The notes: generated by a model not told the origin, from the letters alone. A DNA stretch of 64,000 nt from Nanobdellota archaeon (GCA_021799085.1 JAJZBD010000002.1:103376-167375); one strand, 5' to 3'; numbered from the stretch's first letter, positions 19,225 through 29,894 are shown. Program-made: numbers and translations.

Positions 19225-20424
19225 ATGTCACATGTAGGCAGTAGTTCTGCAATTATAACAGAAAAGACATCAGAAAAAAAGAACAGTAGCTACACAGCCA
19301 GTGAAGAAGCAAAGAAATCAAACACACATTCATTCGCGCAAAAGCCAATACTTGTATTTTGGGAGACTACAAAAGCATGTATGCTTGCTTGCAGGCATTG
19401 CAGGGCATCGGCGATACATTCTGCTCTTCCTGGAGAACTGACAACAGAAGAAGGGCTAGCCTTAATTGATAAAATCACAGAATTCGGAATTCCTTACCCC
19501 GTTATAGTATTCACCGGCGGGGACCCACTTATGCGAAAGGATATATTTGAACTTATGAAGCATGCAAAAGAACTTGGCGTAAAATTTGCTTTATCACCTG
19601 CTGTAACAAACCTGCTAACATACAATGCAATGGTAAAAATACGGGAGTTGGGCGCAACTTCAATATCAATTAGTCTGGACGGCGCAGTGAAGGAGACACA
19701 TGATGACATAAGATCAATTGATGGAACATTCGATGCAACTATAAAATCGATAAAAAATGCCATAGATGCTGGATTGAACATACAGGTAAATACTACAGTT
19801 ATGAAAAGCAATGTAAATGAACTTCCCCGAATATTCAACCTTATAAAAAGCTTGGGAGTAAAGGTATGGGAGGTTTTTTTCCTAATAAAAATTGGCCGTG
19901 GAGCAGGGCTTCAGGAGATAAGTCCCTCTGAATACGAAAGTGTATGTAACTTCCTTTACGATGCATCTAAATATGGGGTGGTAATAAGAACAGTAGAAGC
20001 GCCATTTGAAAGGAGAGTCGTTAGCATGCGGATAAAGAAGGGTAGTTATTGGAGAGATCCTTTCTATGATCATTTGCATTCAGAGCTTATGAATTTGGAG
20101 GGAGAACCAAAGTATAATTCGACCATCTCTCCAGTCGGAACATTGGATGGTGATGGCATAATCTTTGTAGGAAATGACGGTACTATCTTTCCAGGAGGTT
20201 TTCTGCCAGTAAAACTTGGTAATGTAAGAAAGGATAACATTGTAGAGATCTACAGAAACAACAGCATCATGAGAAGCATACGTGCAAGAGATTTCTCTGG
20301 TTATTGTGGAAAATGCGAATTCAAATGGCAGTGCGGGGGAAGCAGGGCTAGAACATACTATTCCGAACACGACATTCTTGCATCGGATCCCGCATGTTTT
20401 TATTCTAGGATAGCAAATAGGTAA
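19225..20424 (+). CDS. Radical SAM/SPASM protein, NirJ/AhbD-related (TIGR04053-like)
   Basis: WETTKAC.LAC.HCRA, TGGDPL, SISLDG, C-terminal CGKCEF...CGGSRAR...DPAC. Confidence 0.85.
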   Translation: MSHVGSSSAIITEKTSEKKNSSYTASEEAKKSNTHSFAQKPILVFWETTKACMLACRHCRASAIHSALPGELTTEEGLALIDKITEFGIPYPVIVFTGGDPLMRKDIFELMKHAKELGVKFALSPAVTNLLTYNAMVKIRELGATSISISLDGAVKETHDDIRSIDGTFDATIKSIKNAIDAGLNIQVNTTVMKSNVNELPRIFNLIKSLGVKVWEVFFLIKIGRGAGLQEISPSEYESVCNFLYDASKYGVVIRTVEAPFERRVVSMRIKKGSYWRDPFYDHLHSELMNLEGEPKYNSTISPVGTLDGDGIIFVGNDGTIFPGGFLPVKLGNVRKDNIVEIYRNNSIMRSIRARDFSGYCGKCEFKWQCGGSRARTYYSEHDILASDPACFYSRIANR

Positions 20425-20505
20425 TAGGTACATAGCTAATAAATTTATATGCCAAATAGCTTCAGCTGAAATTTTTAAGGCGAAAAAATTATAATGACTA
20501 TTGCA

Positions 20506-21132
20506 TTAGCGTAGGGCATTTTTTAGGCTGTTAATATGCTGTATGGGCATCAGTAGAAACAGCATGGAATACAAGCCCTTTATTGCTCTTTTTTGATAAT
20601 CATTCCAGTATATATATTCCTTAGAAAAGCCATCTAGAAACTGCTTAAAACCTGTTTTATTTGAATAGTTATAGTATGCAGCTGATAGTATTAGCAGAGA
20701 CACATCCCAATACCTGTACCTTTCTTTCTGAGTTTTTATTGCCTGTTCTGAATCTATTATATATGCTCCTTCGGAATTACATATGAAGTTATCAAGCTTT
20801 GAATCCCCTAAAGAATACCCCTCCCGGTGTATCTCTGAAAACAATTTTCCCAATTTTGACCCTTCGCAGTAATCTACTTTTCCATCAACGTATTCTCTGT
20901 TTAGCTCTTTATTATTAAGATCAAAGGAGTAGATCTTTGGCTTTTTTATGTCGTTGTTGGAATTAAGGAACTCCAACTCTCTCTCAAGTCTACTTTTTGA
21001 TAACGCTGCAAATGGATAAAATAGCTGTAATAAAGGGGAAAAAAGCCACTTGTAAGAATTAAAGCTGTTATACTTCTTCTTGATTATCTTGCGGTCTTTC
21101 TCTTCCTGTATCAGTACTTGACTTAAGACCAT
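20506..21132 (-). CDS. Atypical protein-kinase-like protein (RIO/Bud32/Kdo-type fold)
   Basis: IKKKY, REYVDG, IH..G..LGDSKLDNF, IIDSEQA. Confidence 0.65.
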   Translation of the reverse strand: MVLSQVLIQEEKDRKIIKKKYNSFNSYKWLFSPLLQLFYPFAALSKSRLERELEFLNSNNDIKKPKIYSFDLNNKELNREYVDGKVDYCEGSKLGKLFSEIHREGYSLGDSKLDNFICNSEGAYIIDSEQAIKTQKERYRYWDVSLLILSAAYYNYSNKTGFKQFLDGFSKEYIYWNDYQKRAIKGLYSMLFLLMPIQHINSLKNALR

Positions 21133-21171
21133 TAAATTTAAAGATTATAAAGGGTATTTATAACTTTAATT

Positions 21172-21678
21172 CTAGCTTTCCCGTTCAAAAAGCAGAAGGT
21201 AATGGAATTTTAATTCCTTCTCTTTTACTAGTTTGAAGCCTATGCTTTTCATATCGTTTATGACTTTATCCTTGCTTAGTCTTATGCTTACTGGGGGGCC
21301 GAACATAGTATCTTCAGGCTTAAAATCAAGTATGGCTATGTATCTCTTTGCTATTTTATTTATGTTTTTCAGTGCTTTATCCCGGCATTCCTGCACAAGG
21401 TCATGATAAACATTTGACATAAAAACCAGATCAAAAGAACCTGAGGAATAGTCACAAATGTCTGCCTTTACGGTTTTTATCCCCGCTTGTTTAAGCTCAT
21501 CAAAATAGATATCATTTAAATCCAAAACGGTAACATTTTCGCTTTTCTCAAGCATTTTCTTGCTGAAGAAGCCGTCTCTTCCTCCTATATCAATTATACT
21601 ATAACCTTTTTTAATGTCAAGGAAATCTATTATACTTTTATCAGTTAACCCACTCATTTCTCTGATTTTATCCATCAT
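21172..21678 (-). CDS. Class I SAM-dependent methyltransferase
   Basis: IIDIGGRDG, VLD, FDLVFMSNVYH, FGPP...R. Confidence 0.85.
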   Translation of the reverse strand: MMDKIREMSGLTDKSIIDFLDIKKGYSIIDIGGRDGFFSKKMLEKSENVTVLDLNDIYFDELKQAGIKTVKADICDYSSGSFDLVFMSNVYHDLVQECRDKALKNINKIAKRYIAILDFKPEDTMFGPPVSIRLSKDKVINDMKSIGFKLVKEKELKFHYLLLFERES

Positions 21679-21782
21679 AAGATATTTTTTAAGTAATTGG
21701 GATATTTAAATCGTTTGGTACTAAAAAGATGAAATGCTACGCTGTAAATAATGTTTAAATACACACAAAATTTTGATATAAA

Positions 21783-22091
21783 ATGGAGGGAACACTTAAC
21801 AAACCAGAAAGTGAAAGCATAACAGAAGATAACAATAATAAAAGTGCTTCAGTAAATGGTAATCAAAATAAACCAGAAGTGAACGATTCAAAAAGCGGCA
21901 TGCTTCCTTCAGATGACAGGATACCCAATACTCCCGGAAATGAAATTAAGATAAACAAATACCTGATAATTGCAGTAGTTGTTATAATAATACTTCTTGT
22001 AATTGCGTATTTTCTTTACCATTATAACATCCTTGGAGTAAGGATACTTGTAAGGCATACGCTTGGTTTAAGCACACCAGGCTCTGCTTAA
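21783..22091 (+). CDS. Single-pass membrane protein with disordered N-terminus
   Basis: N/S/E-rich N-terminus, one long hydrophobic helix. Confidence 0.6.
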   Translation: MEGTLNKPESESITEDNNNKSASVNGNQNKPEVNDSKSGMLPSDDRIPNTPGNEIKINKYLIIAVVVIIILLVIAYFLYHYNILGVRILVRHTLGLSTPGSA

Positions 22092-22135
22092 TAAACAAAG
22101 AATAGGCTTTTATATTCGTTTCTTATCATAATTAA

Positions 22136-23731
22136 ATGGATAATCCAAAAAATATACAAATAAGTTCAGAACCGAATAAAGGTCAAATAGGACATAAAAC
22201 TGCTGGTATAATAGTAATTATAGTATTATTAGCTGTTTTGGTATTCGTCTTCGCATCATATGAAGGGTATATCCCTTTCCTCAAGCTTTCAACTTCTGTT
22301 AATCCGTATTACAGTATTGCTAATGTGCAGCAATTAAGTTCGACTATTTCAAAGCTGCAGAATTCCAGCGGCCCATTCAATCTTTCATATAGTTTGCTTC
22401 TAAGCCTAAGCGCCACTTCTGGAACTTCAGTTTTCTCCTTTAATCTGCCAATTAACGGTTATATCGCCCATTATAAGCCGTATATAAGACAAACGGCCGA
22501 TATTAACTTAGGTGCGCTTGTAAAAGATATAGACAGCTTAAGTAAAAGTATAAACCTGTCTTCATTTCCAAAGTTCCTTGATACAGTGAACCTTACTTTA
22601 TTATCAAATATCTCTTACGGTACATTGTGCATTCCTTTCTCAATGCTGGCTTCCGCGGAAAATACCAGCTTATCTATCGTAGGGTATGCAATGAATGACT
22701 CCAAGATAGGCAATAATTCACTGCTTTGTGTCTCATTAAAAACAAATAATCTGGCAAATTCAAGCGCTCTTTCAAGCATTTTAAGCACATCAATGGCGTC
22801 AGCAAACATATCAAACATAAGTCAATTCAACGATTATGTACGGGTCAAATACATGAAAAGCGAGAGTTATAACGGAAATTCTTGCTCTTTGCTGGGCATA
22901 AACACTACGCCTGCATTTGAAAGCAAATATAACTCTTCAATGCACTTCAATTTCTGCTTTTCAAATACCTATGGCATACCTTTGAATGGCAGTTTTGTGC
23001 TTAACCTGACAAGAGATTCATCAGCAATAACAAGTCTCTTTAATTCATATGGAAACGCGGGTTCAATGCCAAACTTCTCCGATATAGTGCTATCTGCTTC
23101 CTTTAAATCGGCATTTAATCCTGCTCCGTCATCAGTCTCAATTCTGTCTTCTCTTCCATCCGGCTCTTATACTTTGAACGAAAGCAGTTTATTACAAACT
23201 ATTGGAGAGCTAAATATTATGCCGGCAGCTCCTACAAATAGCACTAAAGCCCTTGCTGCAAACGCTGATTTGACTGCCTTGGTTTCAGACAGCTTTCCAG
23301 GACTGAATCAAATATATCTGTCTCCCACTGCAGCTGCTGATGAGGGAATTAATCCAGGGGTATTTGAAAATTACTATCTTTTTGGGGCAGGAAATGCCGT
23401 ATTAGCAATGGAAAATGGCTCTTCAACTAATGGAATAAATGGCACAACCATATTGCTGGGAGTGTCGAACACCACTAAAAATCTTAGTTACTACTACCAT
23501 ACCTTTTTAGGCATACCTAGCATCTCCATATCCAACATAACCTTAGACGCCATACCTGCGATAAAAGTAGTAGCAAATCTGTCATCCTATGATGTAATAA
23601 CTGTTTTAGGAGTAACAAATTCAAGTCTTTATGAAATTTCAGCAGTTTCTACTGGCAAAGTCTACATAAATGAAGTTAATTCTGGAATGGCTAATTTCAT
23701 CAAAAATTTTAAACTGGACTATTTAAATTAG
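22136..23731 (+). CDS. Membrane-anchored S/N/T-rich surface protein (Cys-motif family, copy 1)
   Basis: N-terminal TM, many N-x-S/T sequons, YNGNSC...FCFSNTYGIP motif. Confidence 0.7.
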   Translation: MDNPKNIQISSEPNKGQIGHKTAGIIVIIVLLAVLVFVFASYEGYIPFLKLSTSVNPYYSIANVQQLSSTISKLQNSSGPFNLSYSLLLSLSATSGTSVFSFNLPINGYIAHYKPYIRQTADINLGALVKDIDSLSKSINLSSFPKFLDTVNLTLLSNISYGTLCIPFSMLASAENTSLSIVGYAMNDSKIGNNSLLCVSLKTNNLANSSALSSILSTSMASANISNISQFNDYVRVKYMKSESYNGNSCSLLGINTTPAFESKYNSSMHFNFCFSNTYGIPLNGSFVLNLTRDSSAITSLFNSYGNAGSMPNFSDIVLSASFKSAFNPAPSSVSILSSLPSGSYTLNESSLLQTIGELNIMPAAPTNSTKALAANADLTALVSDSFPGLNQIYLSPTAAADEGINPGVFENYYLFGAGNAVLAMENGSSTNGINGTTILLGVSNTTKNLSYYYHTFLGIPSISISNITLDAIPAIKVVANLSSYDVITVLGVTNSSLYEISAVSTGKVYINEVNSGMANFIKNFKLDYLN

Positions 23732-23735
23732 AAGA

Positions 23736-24245
23736 TTAAAAGCTATCTGTTTCCTTTATTTCCATTTCCGCTATGCTGTTATCATCATTAAACAAAAAAT
23801 ATGCGGTTATCTTTTTTCCCAAAAGAATATCGGGCAGCCAATATTTATCGTCAGACCACATTTTTTCAAGCGGTAATCCCTTAATATCCATCCATTGCGG
23901 AGCCATCTCCTCGCTTTCAACCGGTTCTCCTTCCCACTTATAAGCAATAAATACGTGTGCTCTCTGGTTAAAATCCTTATCTGATGGATTATTCTTAAAA
24001 TAAAAATTTATCACTGCAACTTTTTCAAACTCCTTAAGATTTACATTGATTTCTTCCTTTGTTTCCCTAAGAAGTGCATCGGTTATGCTTTCTCCTTTTT
24101 CAACTTTACCGCCTACACCGTTAAGCTTTCCGGCACCGAATCCCCTTTTTTTCATTGCTATGAGTATTTTATTTGTATTTTTATCAAAAAGATAGCATAA
24201 GGTTACATCCCTTAAGTTTCTGTAATTTTCAATGTAGTACTTCAA
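23736..24245 (-). CDS. 8-oxo-dGTP diphosphatase (MTH1/NUDT1-like Nudix)
   Basis: KKRGFGAG..NG.GGKVE.GE....RE..EE, ESEEMAPQW, MWSDD.YWLP. Confidence 0.88.
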   Translation of the reverse strand: MKYYIENYRNLRDVTLCYLFDKNTNKILIAMKKRGFGAGKLNGVGGKVEKGESITDALLRETKEEINVNLKEFEKVAVINFYFKNNPSDKDFNQRAHVFIAYKWEGEPVESEEMAPQWMDIKGLPLEKMWSDDKYWLPDILLGKKITAYFLFNDDNSIAEMEIKETDSF

Positions 24246-24275
24246 ATTTTTATCATTTGATTCTACCGTATAGGG

Positions 24276-25064
24276 TCAGACTGCACTCCATCCTCCGTCA
24301 ACTGCAAGAATGTGTCCTGTAATATAAGAAGAAGCATTGGAAGCAAGAAATACTGCTGCACCCTTAAGTTCATTAGGATTCCCTACTCTTTCCATTGGAG
24401 TCCTCTGTGTAATATGATCAAGTATAGCTTTGTCTTTTAATAGATCATTTGTCATTTCGCTTGGGAAAAATCCGGGGGCAATTGCATTTATCCTTATATT
24501 CTGGCCAGCAAATTCAACCGCCATTGCCCTCGTAAGATTTACCACCGCACCTTTGCTGGCATAATAGGGTGCAGCAGGTATTATATCTCCGAATAACCCA
24601 TAAATTGATGCTATGTTTATTATGCTCCCCTTTAAGTTGTGAGCAATCATGCTTGCTATTACCTTCTGTGAAAAGACAAATACCGCAGAGATATCAACGT
24701 CAAGAACTTTCTGCCAATCTTCCTTTTTTAAGTTTAAAGAGGGCCCCGCTACGGCAGAGCCGGCATTATTTATTAGTATGTCTATTTTCTGAAGTTTTTC
24801 CTCTGCAACCTTAACAACATTAATTATATCCTCTTCTTTTGTCAGATCTGCCTTTACGGGTATTATCTTTCTATTTGTGTACTTGCTTATTCTGTTTGCA
24901 TTTTCTATCAATTTTTCGTCCCTTCTAGCACATATTACAACATCAGCGCCGGCTTCTGCCAAAGCTTCCGTGAAACTTATACCCAAACCGCTTGAAGCGC
25001 CGGTTACTATAGCTGACTTTCCAGTTAAATCAAACATTTTAATTAATTCCGATTTTTCATCCAT
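24276..25064 (-). CDS. Short-chain dehydrogenase/reductase (gluconate 5-dehydrogenase-like)
   Basis: TGASSGLG, NNAG, YYASKG, NAIAPGFF. Confidence 0.92.
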   Translation of the reverse strand: MDEKSELIKMFDLTGKSAIVTGASSGLGISFTEALAEAGADVVICARRDEKLIENANRISKYTNRKIIPVKADLTKEEDIINVVKVAEEKLQKIDILINNAGSAVAGPSLNLKKEDWQKVLDVDISAVFVFSQKVIASMIAHNLKGSIINIASIYGLFGDIIPAAPYYASKGAVVNLTRAMAVEFAGQNIRINAIAPGFFPSEMTNDLLKDKAILDHITQRTPMERVGNPNELKGAAVFLASNASSYITGHILAVDGGWSAV

Positions 25065-25176
25065 TTTATTGATATGCAGTTTTATATTAAATAGTTAATT
25101 ATTAAAAACCAATATCAATAACCTATTACTACTCTGGCAGTTAGATATTTTTATATAAAGAACTTTATTAATTTGT

Positions 25177-26526
25177 ATGAAAGGAAATACCGCCGGCGCC
25201 GCACGTATCCTTCTATCAATAATAGGATTTATCTCACTAATAATTGGATTGGCGTTTCTATTCACTGGGCTGCTTATTTTTTTGGGTGTAAACGTATTAA
25301 GTACATTCCTACCTAAGTCAGTAATCTCCGTATTCTTGCCTTCAGATATAGGATTTATATCAGGAGTGGGGATAGTATTGGGCATTTCAATTATCATACT
25401 AAGCAGGCTTTTCCATACCAGCAGTAAATGGCTAAAGGAAAGGAGAGTAAAAGGAGGGATACTTGCAATCCTTTTGTCTGTTTCTTCATTGATAGGAATA
25501 ACTATAGCGGGAATTTCGTTTAACCTTACCTTATCAGGGTATATTTTTTATATACTGATATTAGTTTATGCTGCAATAATAATATCAATTCTAACCAGCT
25601 GGAAAGATATGAATGGTGGGCTTGAAGATGTTCTCCCGGGAGTGGGCTTCTTTTTTGCAGCCGCTTTTCTTATATTTGTGTTTTTTGCAGTATTGTATGC
25701 TTTTTTCCCGCTCCAATCTAGCTCATTATCAAACCTTGGCAGCCAGTCACTGTTTTCTATCTTTACAGGCTCCTTAGGAAGGAGCACTTTTCATTCCACA
25801 GCTATAAATTACAGTTATCCAAACTCCCTTGTAAATATAAACTTGAATGGCATTTTTGCATCTGCAGGCCCATTGCTTTCATTAAGCAACTCCTCAAACG
25901 CAAGCACTAATAACCTTACAAGAATACTCAAAAATACCAGTATAAACGTTTTATTGCCCACTTCATTTATAGTTTCTGCCATCGGCAACTCTCCCGAATT
26001 TGCGTCTAATCTGAAGGCATTAAACATAACCCAATACACCAAACAAAACAACTCCAAAAACGCCAGAGCTTACTTAGATGGATATTTCCCGGAGTTAAGC
26101 CAGTTTTACTTCATAATAACCGGTAAGCAAAAAATAAACTCTTCGGATAACATAAGCATACTGAGTCTTTCCCCCTCTAAATTCGAATCTTACCTTAAAA
26201 GACTCAACATAACTTTAGTAAATTCCAGCTTTCCGATAAATGCTACAAAATATCTATACTCTAGTGAAAGTGGCAAAAACCTAGGAAAGTACCTGCCTTC
26301 ACAGATGTTCTTTGTGAATATGTCAAATAATGTAGGAATACAATTAATATACGGAAGCAGCAAGATATTCAATATTACAAGAGTACCCTTTTATTCGGCA
26401 GCTATTGAATTGTATGTTAAGAACTCAACTATCTGTTTTGAATTCGGCGCAGATTTTTCATCTAGCAATGAAAAAATATTTGATTCTTCCTATTCTTTGA
26501 TAGGAAATACTTTGAAATGCAGTTGA
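25177..26526 (+). CDS. Multi-pass membrane protein with S/N-rich extracellular domain
   Basis: About 5 hydrophobic helices then glycosylation-sequon-rich domain. Confidence 0.65.
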   Translation: MKGNTAGAARILLSIIGFISLIIGLAFLFTGLLIFLGVNVLSTFLPKSVISVFLPSDIGFISGVGIVLGISIIILSRLFHTSSKWLKERRVKGGILAILLSVSSLIGITIAGISFNLTLSGYIFYILILVYAAIIISILTSWKDMNGGLEDVLPGVGFFFAAAFLIFVFFAVLYAFFPLQSSSLSNLGSQSLFSIFTGSLGRSTFHSTAINYSYPNSLVNINLNGIFASAGPLLSLSNSSNASTNNLTRILKNTSINVLLPTSFIVSAIGNSPEFASNLKALNITQYTKQNNSKNARAYLDGYFPELSQFYFIITGKQKINSSDNISILSLSPSKFESYLKRLNITLVNSSFPINATKYLYSSESGKNLGKYLPSQMFFVNMSNNVGIQLIYGSSKIFNITRVPFYSAAIELYVKNSTICFEFGADFSSSNEKIFDSSYSLIGNTLKCS

Positions 26527-26572
26527 TTTTAGTTAAACAATAATTAATATATCCAGCAAGGCATAATAATAA

Positions 26573-27214
26573 ATGGCAGGGATATCCTTTCCAGCGGTTC
26601 CAAACCTTGTGACAGTTGATAATTACAGCAACAGGCTTAACATGCTGATACAAACTAGGGTTGTTTATCCCCACAATTTTTCAAACACAAAAAACGAGTT
26701 CAAGCTGCTTTACTCCGAAACAATACATTCATTTCTTTATGGGTGCCCAGATGCAGCATTATCCTTAGCTGTTAGATGCTTAGAGCAAGGCCTCAAACAC
26801 TACTTGAATGAAAACAACATCAAAGAAATACACTACAAAGACAAAAACAATAACAAAAGAATTATAAAATTAAGCTATGCAAGGCTGTTTGATTTAATCC
26901 AATGCGACGAAAACCCTGTAAAGGACAAGGAGATACTGCAGTACCTTAAATCACTTAGGAATTATACTCATGAAGACAAACTAGTTGAGGACTTCCATGC
27001 ATTGGAAGCAATAAGGCATGTGACCGACGTTTTAAACGAGCTTTTTTCATTCAAAACTCTGACTATAACGGTAGAAACCTGCCGTTTATGTGGACAAAAG
27101 CACAGCATAGATATAGACTCAAAGGATTATTTCATAGGCAACAGGATAATGCTGAAATGTCCTAATAGTTCAGAATACTTCAACAACATTGGTGAGTTTA
27201 TTGTAGATATATAA
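26573..27214 (+). CDS. DUF4145/HEPN-like protein with C-terminal Cys/His cluster
   Basis: AA....RCLE..L, LRNYTH, CRLCGQKH...C. Confidence 0.5.
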   Translation: MAGISFPAVPNLVTVDNYSNRLNMLIQTRVVYPHNFSNTKNEFKLLYSETIHSFLYGCPDAALSLAVRCLEQGLKHYLNENNIKEIHYKDKNNNKRIIKLSYARLFDLIQCDENPVKDKEILQYLKSLRNYTHEDKLVEDFHALEAIRHVTDVLNELFSFKTLTITVETCRLCGQKHSIDIDSKDYFIGNRIMLKCPNSSEYFNNIGEFIVDI

Positions 27215-27226
27215 TGAAAATAAAGC

Positions 27227-27247
27227 AGGGTTGAATTTCACAACCCT
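27227..27247. terminator. Hairpin between convergent genes
   Basis: AGGGTTG-N7-CAACCCT perfect 7-bp stem. Confidence 0.4.
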
Positions 27248-27289
27248 TAATAAATGAATGTTAATTCTTTGCAGAATCACCAAAAAAAA

Positions 27290-27592
27290 TTACTGCTGGT
27301 TACCCTGATCCTGCTGCGGTTCTTCTGAAGGAGCTTCAGGATTTGACTCTGCACTAGGGTTTGAATCCGCTGCAGTTTCCTGCTTTTCCTCTTCAGGTTT
27401 TTCCGAAACACTTGGTTGCACAGTCTCTTGTTGGCCCATCCCCTGTTGGGGTTCCATAGGCTGCTCAGCATTTTGCTGAGGTTCCTGCTGTTCAGGCTGC
27501 ATGTGCACCTTCATATGTTCCTCGAGTTCTTCCTTGCTTTTGAACTCTTCTCCGCATGTTTCACACTTAAATTTTCTGTGGAATAATTCCAT
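27290..27592 (-). CDS. C2H2 zinc-finger protein with Q/E/P-rich tail
   Basis: FKCETCGEEFKSKEELEEHMKVH matches F-x-C-x2-C-x3-F-x5-L-x2-H-x3-H. Confidence 0.8.
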   Translation of the reverse strand: MELFHRKFKCETCGEEFKSKEELEEHMKVHMQPEQQEPQQNAEQPMEPQQGMGQQETVQPSVSEKPEEEKQETAADSNPSAESNPEAPSEEPQQDQGNQQ

Positions 27593-27719
27593 ATTAGTTT
27601 AAACAGTTAATCATATAAAAGTGTTTGCCAAATTTTAATCGAAAAACGGTAAATTCTCCAATGATTTCAATAAATCCAATATTTAAAAGAAATTTAAATC
27701 AGTAATGGTATAACAAAAA

Positions 27720-28505
27720 ATGGTATACTATTCGCAGGTCAATAAAAAGGAGATTTTAATTGAAGAGTTCGGCGTTGAAGAGCTGACCAAAAGGGTCATA
27801 GTCTGCCCAATAGAATGGGACAGAGTATTCCCCAATGATTGGATTGACAGACTAAGAAAGGAATTCAAAGTTGAAATCTTAAAGACTGGTGACAGGCATC
27901 TGAGCAAACTGGAGAACAATTATAGGATAAAAGACACCCTTTTCCTTTTCATAAACAGAGGCATAGCTGAAGCAACCGACAGATTTTATATATTGGCTAA
28001 AAATCCAAAGGTTAAAGAGATTATATTTTTAGGAACATCTGCATCATTAATTGATGATCTTGATACTGGGGATATAAATATACCTAAATTTGTACTTCCT
28101 TGGGAAGAATTAAGTTCAGAATATGTCAATGCCTTTGAATTTTTACCTGTTGGAAACAACGCCCTTGTTGACAAACTTACAAAAGAAACAAATAGATTTG
28201 CACAGAACTATAGTCTAAAGGTTAAAAACGACAACAATGCAACCGTGGAATTATTCTATGGAGAGACTACTGAGCTATTGGAATTTTTTAAGCAGATGAA
28301 TATTTCTACGATAGACATGGAACTATCCGCTTTGTACCGTTTGTCTGCAGCTTTTGATAAGAAAGCAGCAGGTATACTAGAAGTTGGAGATAGGCCCCTG
28401 CACAAGGAAGAATTTTTCTCCCAAAAGCACAAAAACAAGAAAAACAAAAGAAACGAAAGTAGAGAGGTTATTTTTAGAGTTGTTAAGTCACTATTGCAAA
28501 ATTAG
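27720..28505 (+). CDS. Nucleoside phosphorylase family (PNP/UDP)
   Basis: IIFLGTSASL, GDI.IP, TVELFY.ET, IDMELSAL. Confidence 0.75.
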   Translation: MVYYSQVNKKEILIEEFGVEELTKRVIVCPIEWDRVFPNDWIDRLRKEFKVEILKTGDRHLSKLENNYRIKDTLFLFINRGIAEATDRFYILAKNPKVKEIIFLGTSASLIDDLDTGDINIPKFVLPWEELSSEYVNAFEFLPVGNNALVDKLTKETNRFAQNYSLKVKNDNNATVELFYGETTELLEFFKQMNISTIDMELSALYRLSAAFDKKAAGILEVGDRPLHKEEFFSQKHKNKKNKRNESREVIFRVVKSLLQN

Positions 28506-28538
28506 AAAACTTAAATACTGAAAGATAAAAACAATATA

Positions 28539-29084
28539 ATGGACTTACAGAAAGGAACGTTTTATAAGGCCAAAGACGGCACTATAATTTTATTGCGTTA
28601 CCCTTCTAAAAATGATTCAATTCAATTGATGAACCTTATAAATGAATTAGTTGAAGAGCATGCCCCCATAGGCTCAAATGCAAAAGTGAATAGAAAGGAG
28701 GAGGAAGAACACGTTAAAAAGGCTATAAAAGAGATTAAGGAAAAAAATAGGATTCAATTTTTAGCCGAAGCCGACAACAACCTAATAGGGAATATCCAAA
28801 TAAAGAGATTACATGGAAAATCGATGCATGTTGGAGAGTTGGGCATATCCATAAAAAAAGAGTACAGAGACAGGGGAATAGGTAAATTGATGATGAATCA
28901 AGCACTGAAATATGCACGTAAAGAAGGAATAAAAATCGTAACGCTTTCCGTTTTCGCAAACAATTATAGAGCAATACACTTATATAAAAAATTAGGATTT
29001 AAGAAAGCGGGTTTACTGAAAGGTACTTTAAAAGATAAAGGCAGATATTTCGATGAAATTATAATGTTGAAGAACATAAGTTGA
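28539..29084 (+). CDS. GNAT acetyltransferase (RimJ/RimL-like)
   Basis: GISI..EYRDRGIG, L.VF..N.RAI.LY.KLGF. Confidence 0.88.
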   Translation: MDLQKGTFYKAKDGTIILLRYPSKNDSIQLMNLINELVEEHAPIGSNAKVNRKEEEEHVKKAIKEIKEKNRIQFLAEADNNLIGNIQIKRLHGKSMHVGELGISIKKEYRDRGIGKLMMNQALKYARKEGIKIVTLSVFANNYRAIHLYKKLGFKKAGLLKGTLKDKGRYFDEIIMLKNIS

Positions 29085-29195
29085 AAGTAGAATACACGTT
29101 ATTTATCAAGACGTTAATGCTTAAAAGTAAAAGGTCTAATTCATTAAATAAACTGCATAAAACTAATTTAAACTTAAATACATAAATTAAATAGA

Positions 29196-29894
29196 ATGAT
29201 AATGGCAGAGTACCCCAATATCAGCTTTGAGATATCTAAGGAAAAAGATGAAATAGTATGCATAGAACATCCTAATGGTATACCATTAAAAATAAGTGGA
29301 AAGGCAAAAATCATAAAATACGTTGAAAGTGTTTACGAACTACGATTAAAGGATATACAAGCAAGCAGGCAGTTACTGCAAATCGAGTGGGGCAAAATAC
29401 ACTATAAAGTCATGAAAAGGCTACGGGAGATTATGGACATTGAATGGCCTGATAAAAATATAACAGGGTTTATGACTCTCAATGAAATATGCCCAAGAGA
29501 TTTAGACACTTGGTCGTTTTTTGTTGAAGCATTTGCAAATGTTGAGGCACGAAAAGGGATATGTCTACATGAAATAACTCATTTTCTTTTCTTTGAGAAG
29601 TGGAAGCAGGTATTTAAGAATTTCAACGAAAAAGAGTTCAATAAGCCAGGGTTGGCATGGAACCTCAGTGAAATACTTGTTGAACCGATAAATGAAGATC
29701 CTATCCTAAAGAGATTAGTACCTAGTACTGCAAAAGCCTACGAAAGATATTACAAAACGAAAATAAATGAAGAAAATGAAAGCATAATGGAGCATTTTAG
29801 AAAAATGTATATAGATTACAATTCAGATTTTGCTGAACTCCTGAAAGTAAGTTATGACGAAATAAAGCACCTAAAGTCAATGAATGTACTTTGA
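29196..29894 (+). CDS. Hypothetical protein with HExxH zincin-like motif
   Basis: ICPR, LHEITHF...W..LSE. Confidence 0.55.
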   Translation: MIMAEYPNISFEISKEKDEIVCIEHPNGIPLKISGKAKIIKYVESVYELRLKDIQASRQLLQIEWGKIHYKVMKRLREIMDIEWPDKNITGFMTLNEICPRDLDTWSFFVEAFANVEARKGICLHEITHFLFFEKWKQVFKNFNEKEFNKPGLAWNLSEILVEPINEDPILKRLVPSTAKAYERYYKTKINEENESIMEHFRKMYIDYNSDFAELLKVSYDEIKHLKSMNVL

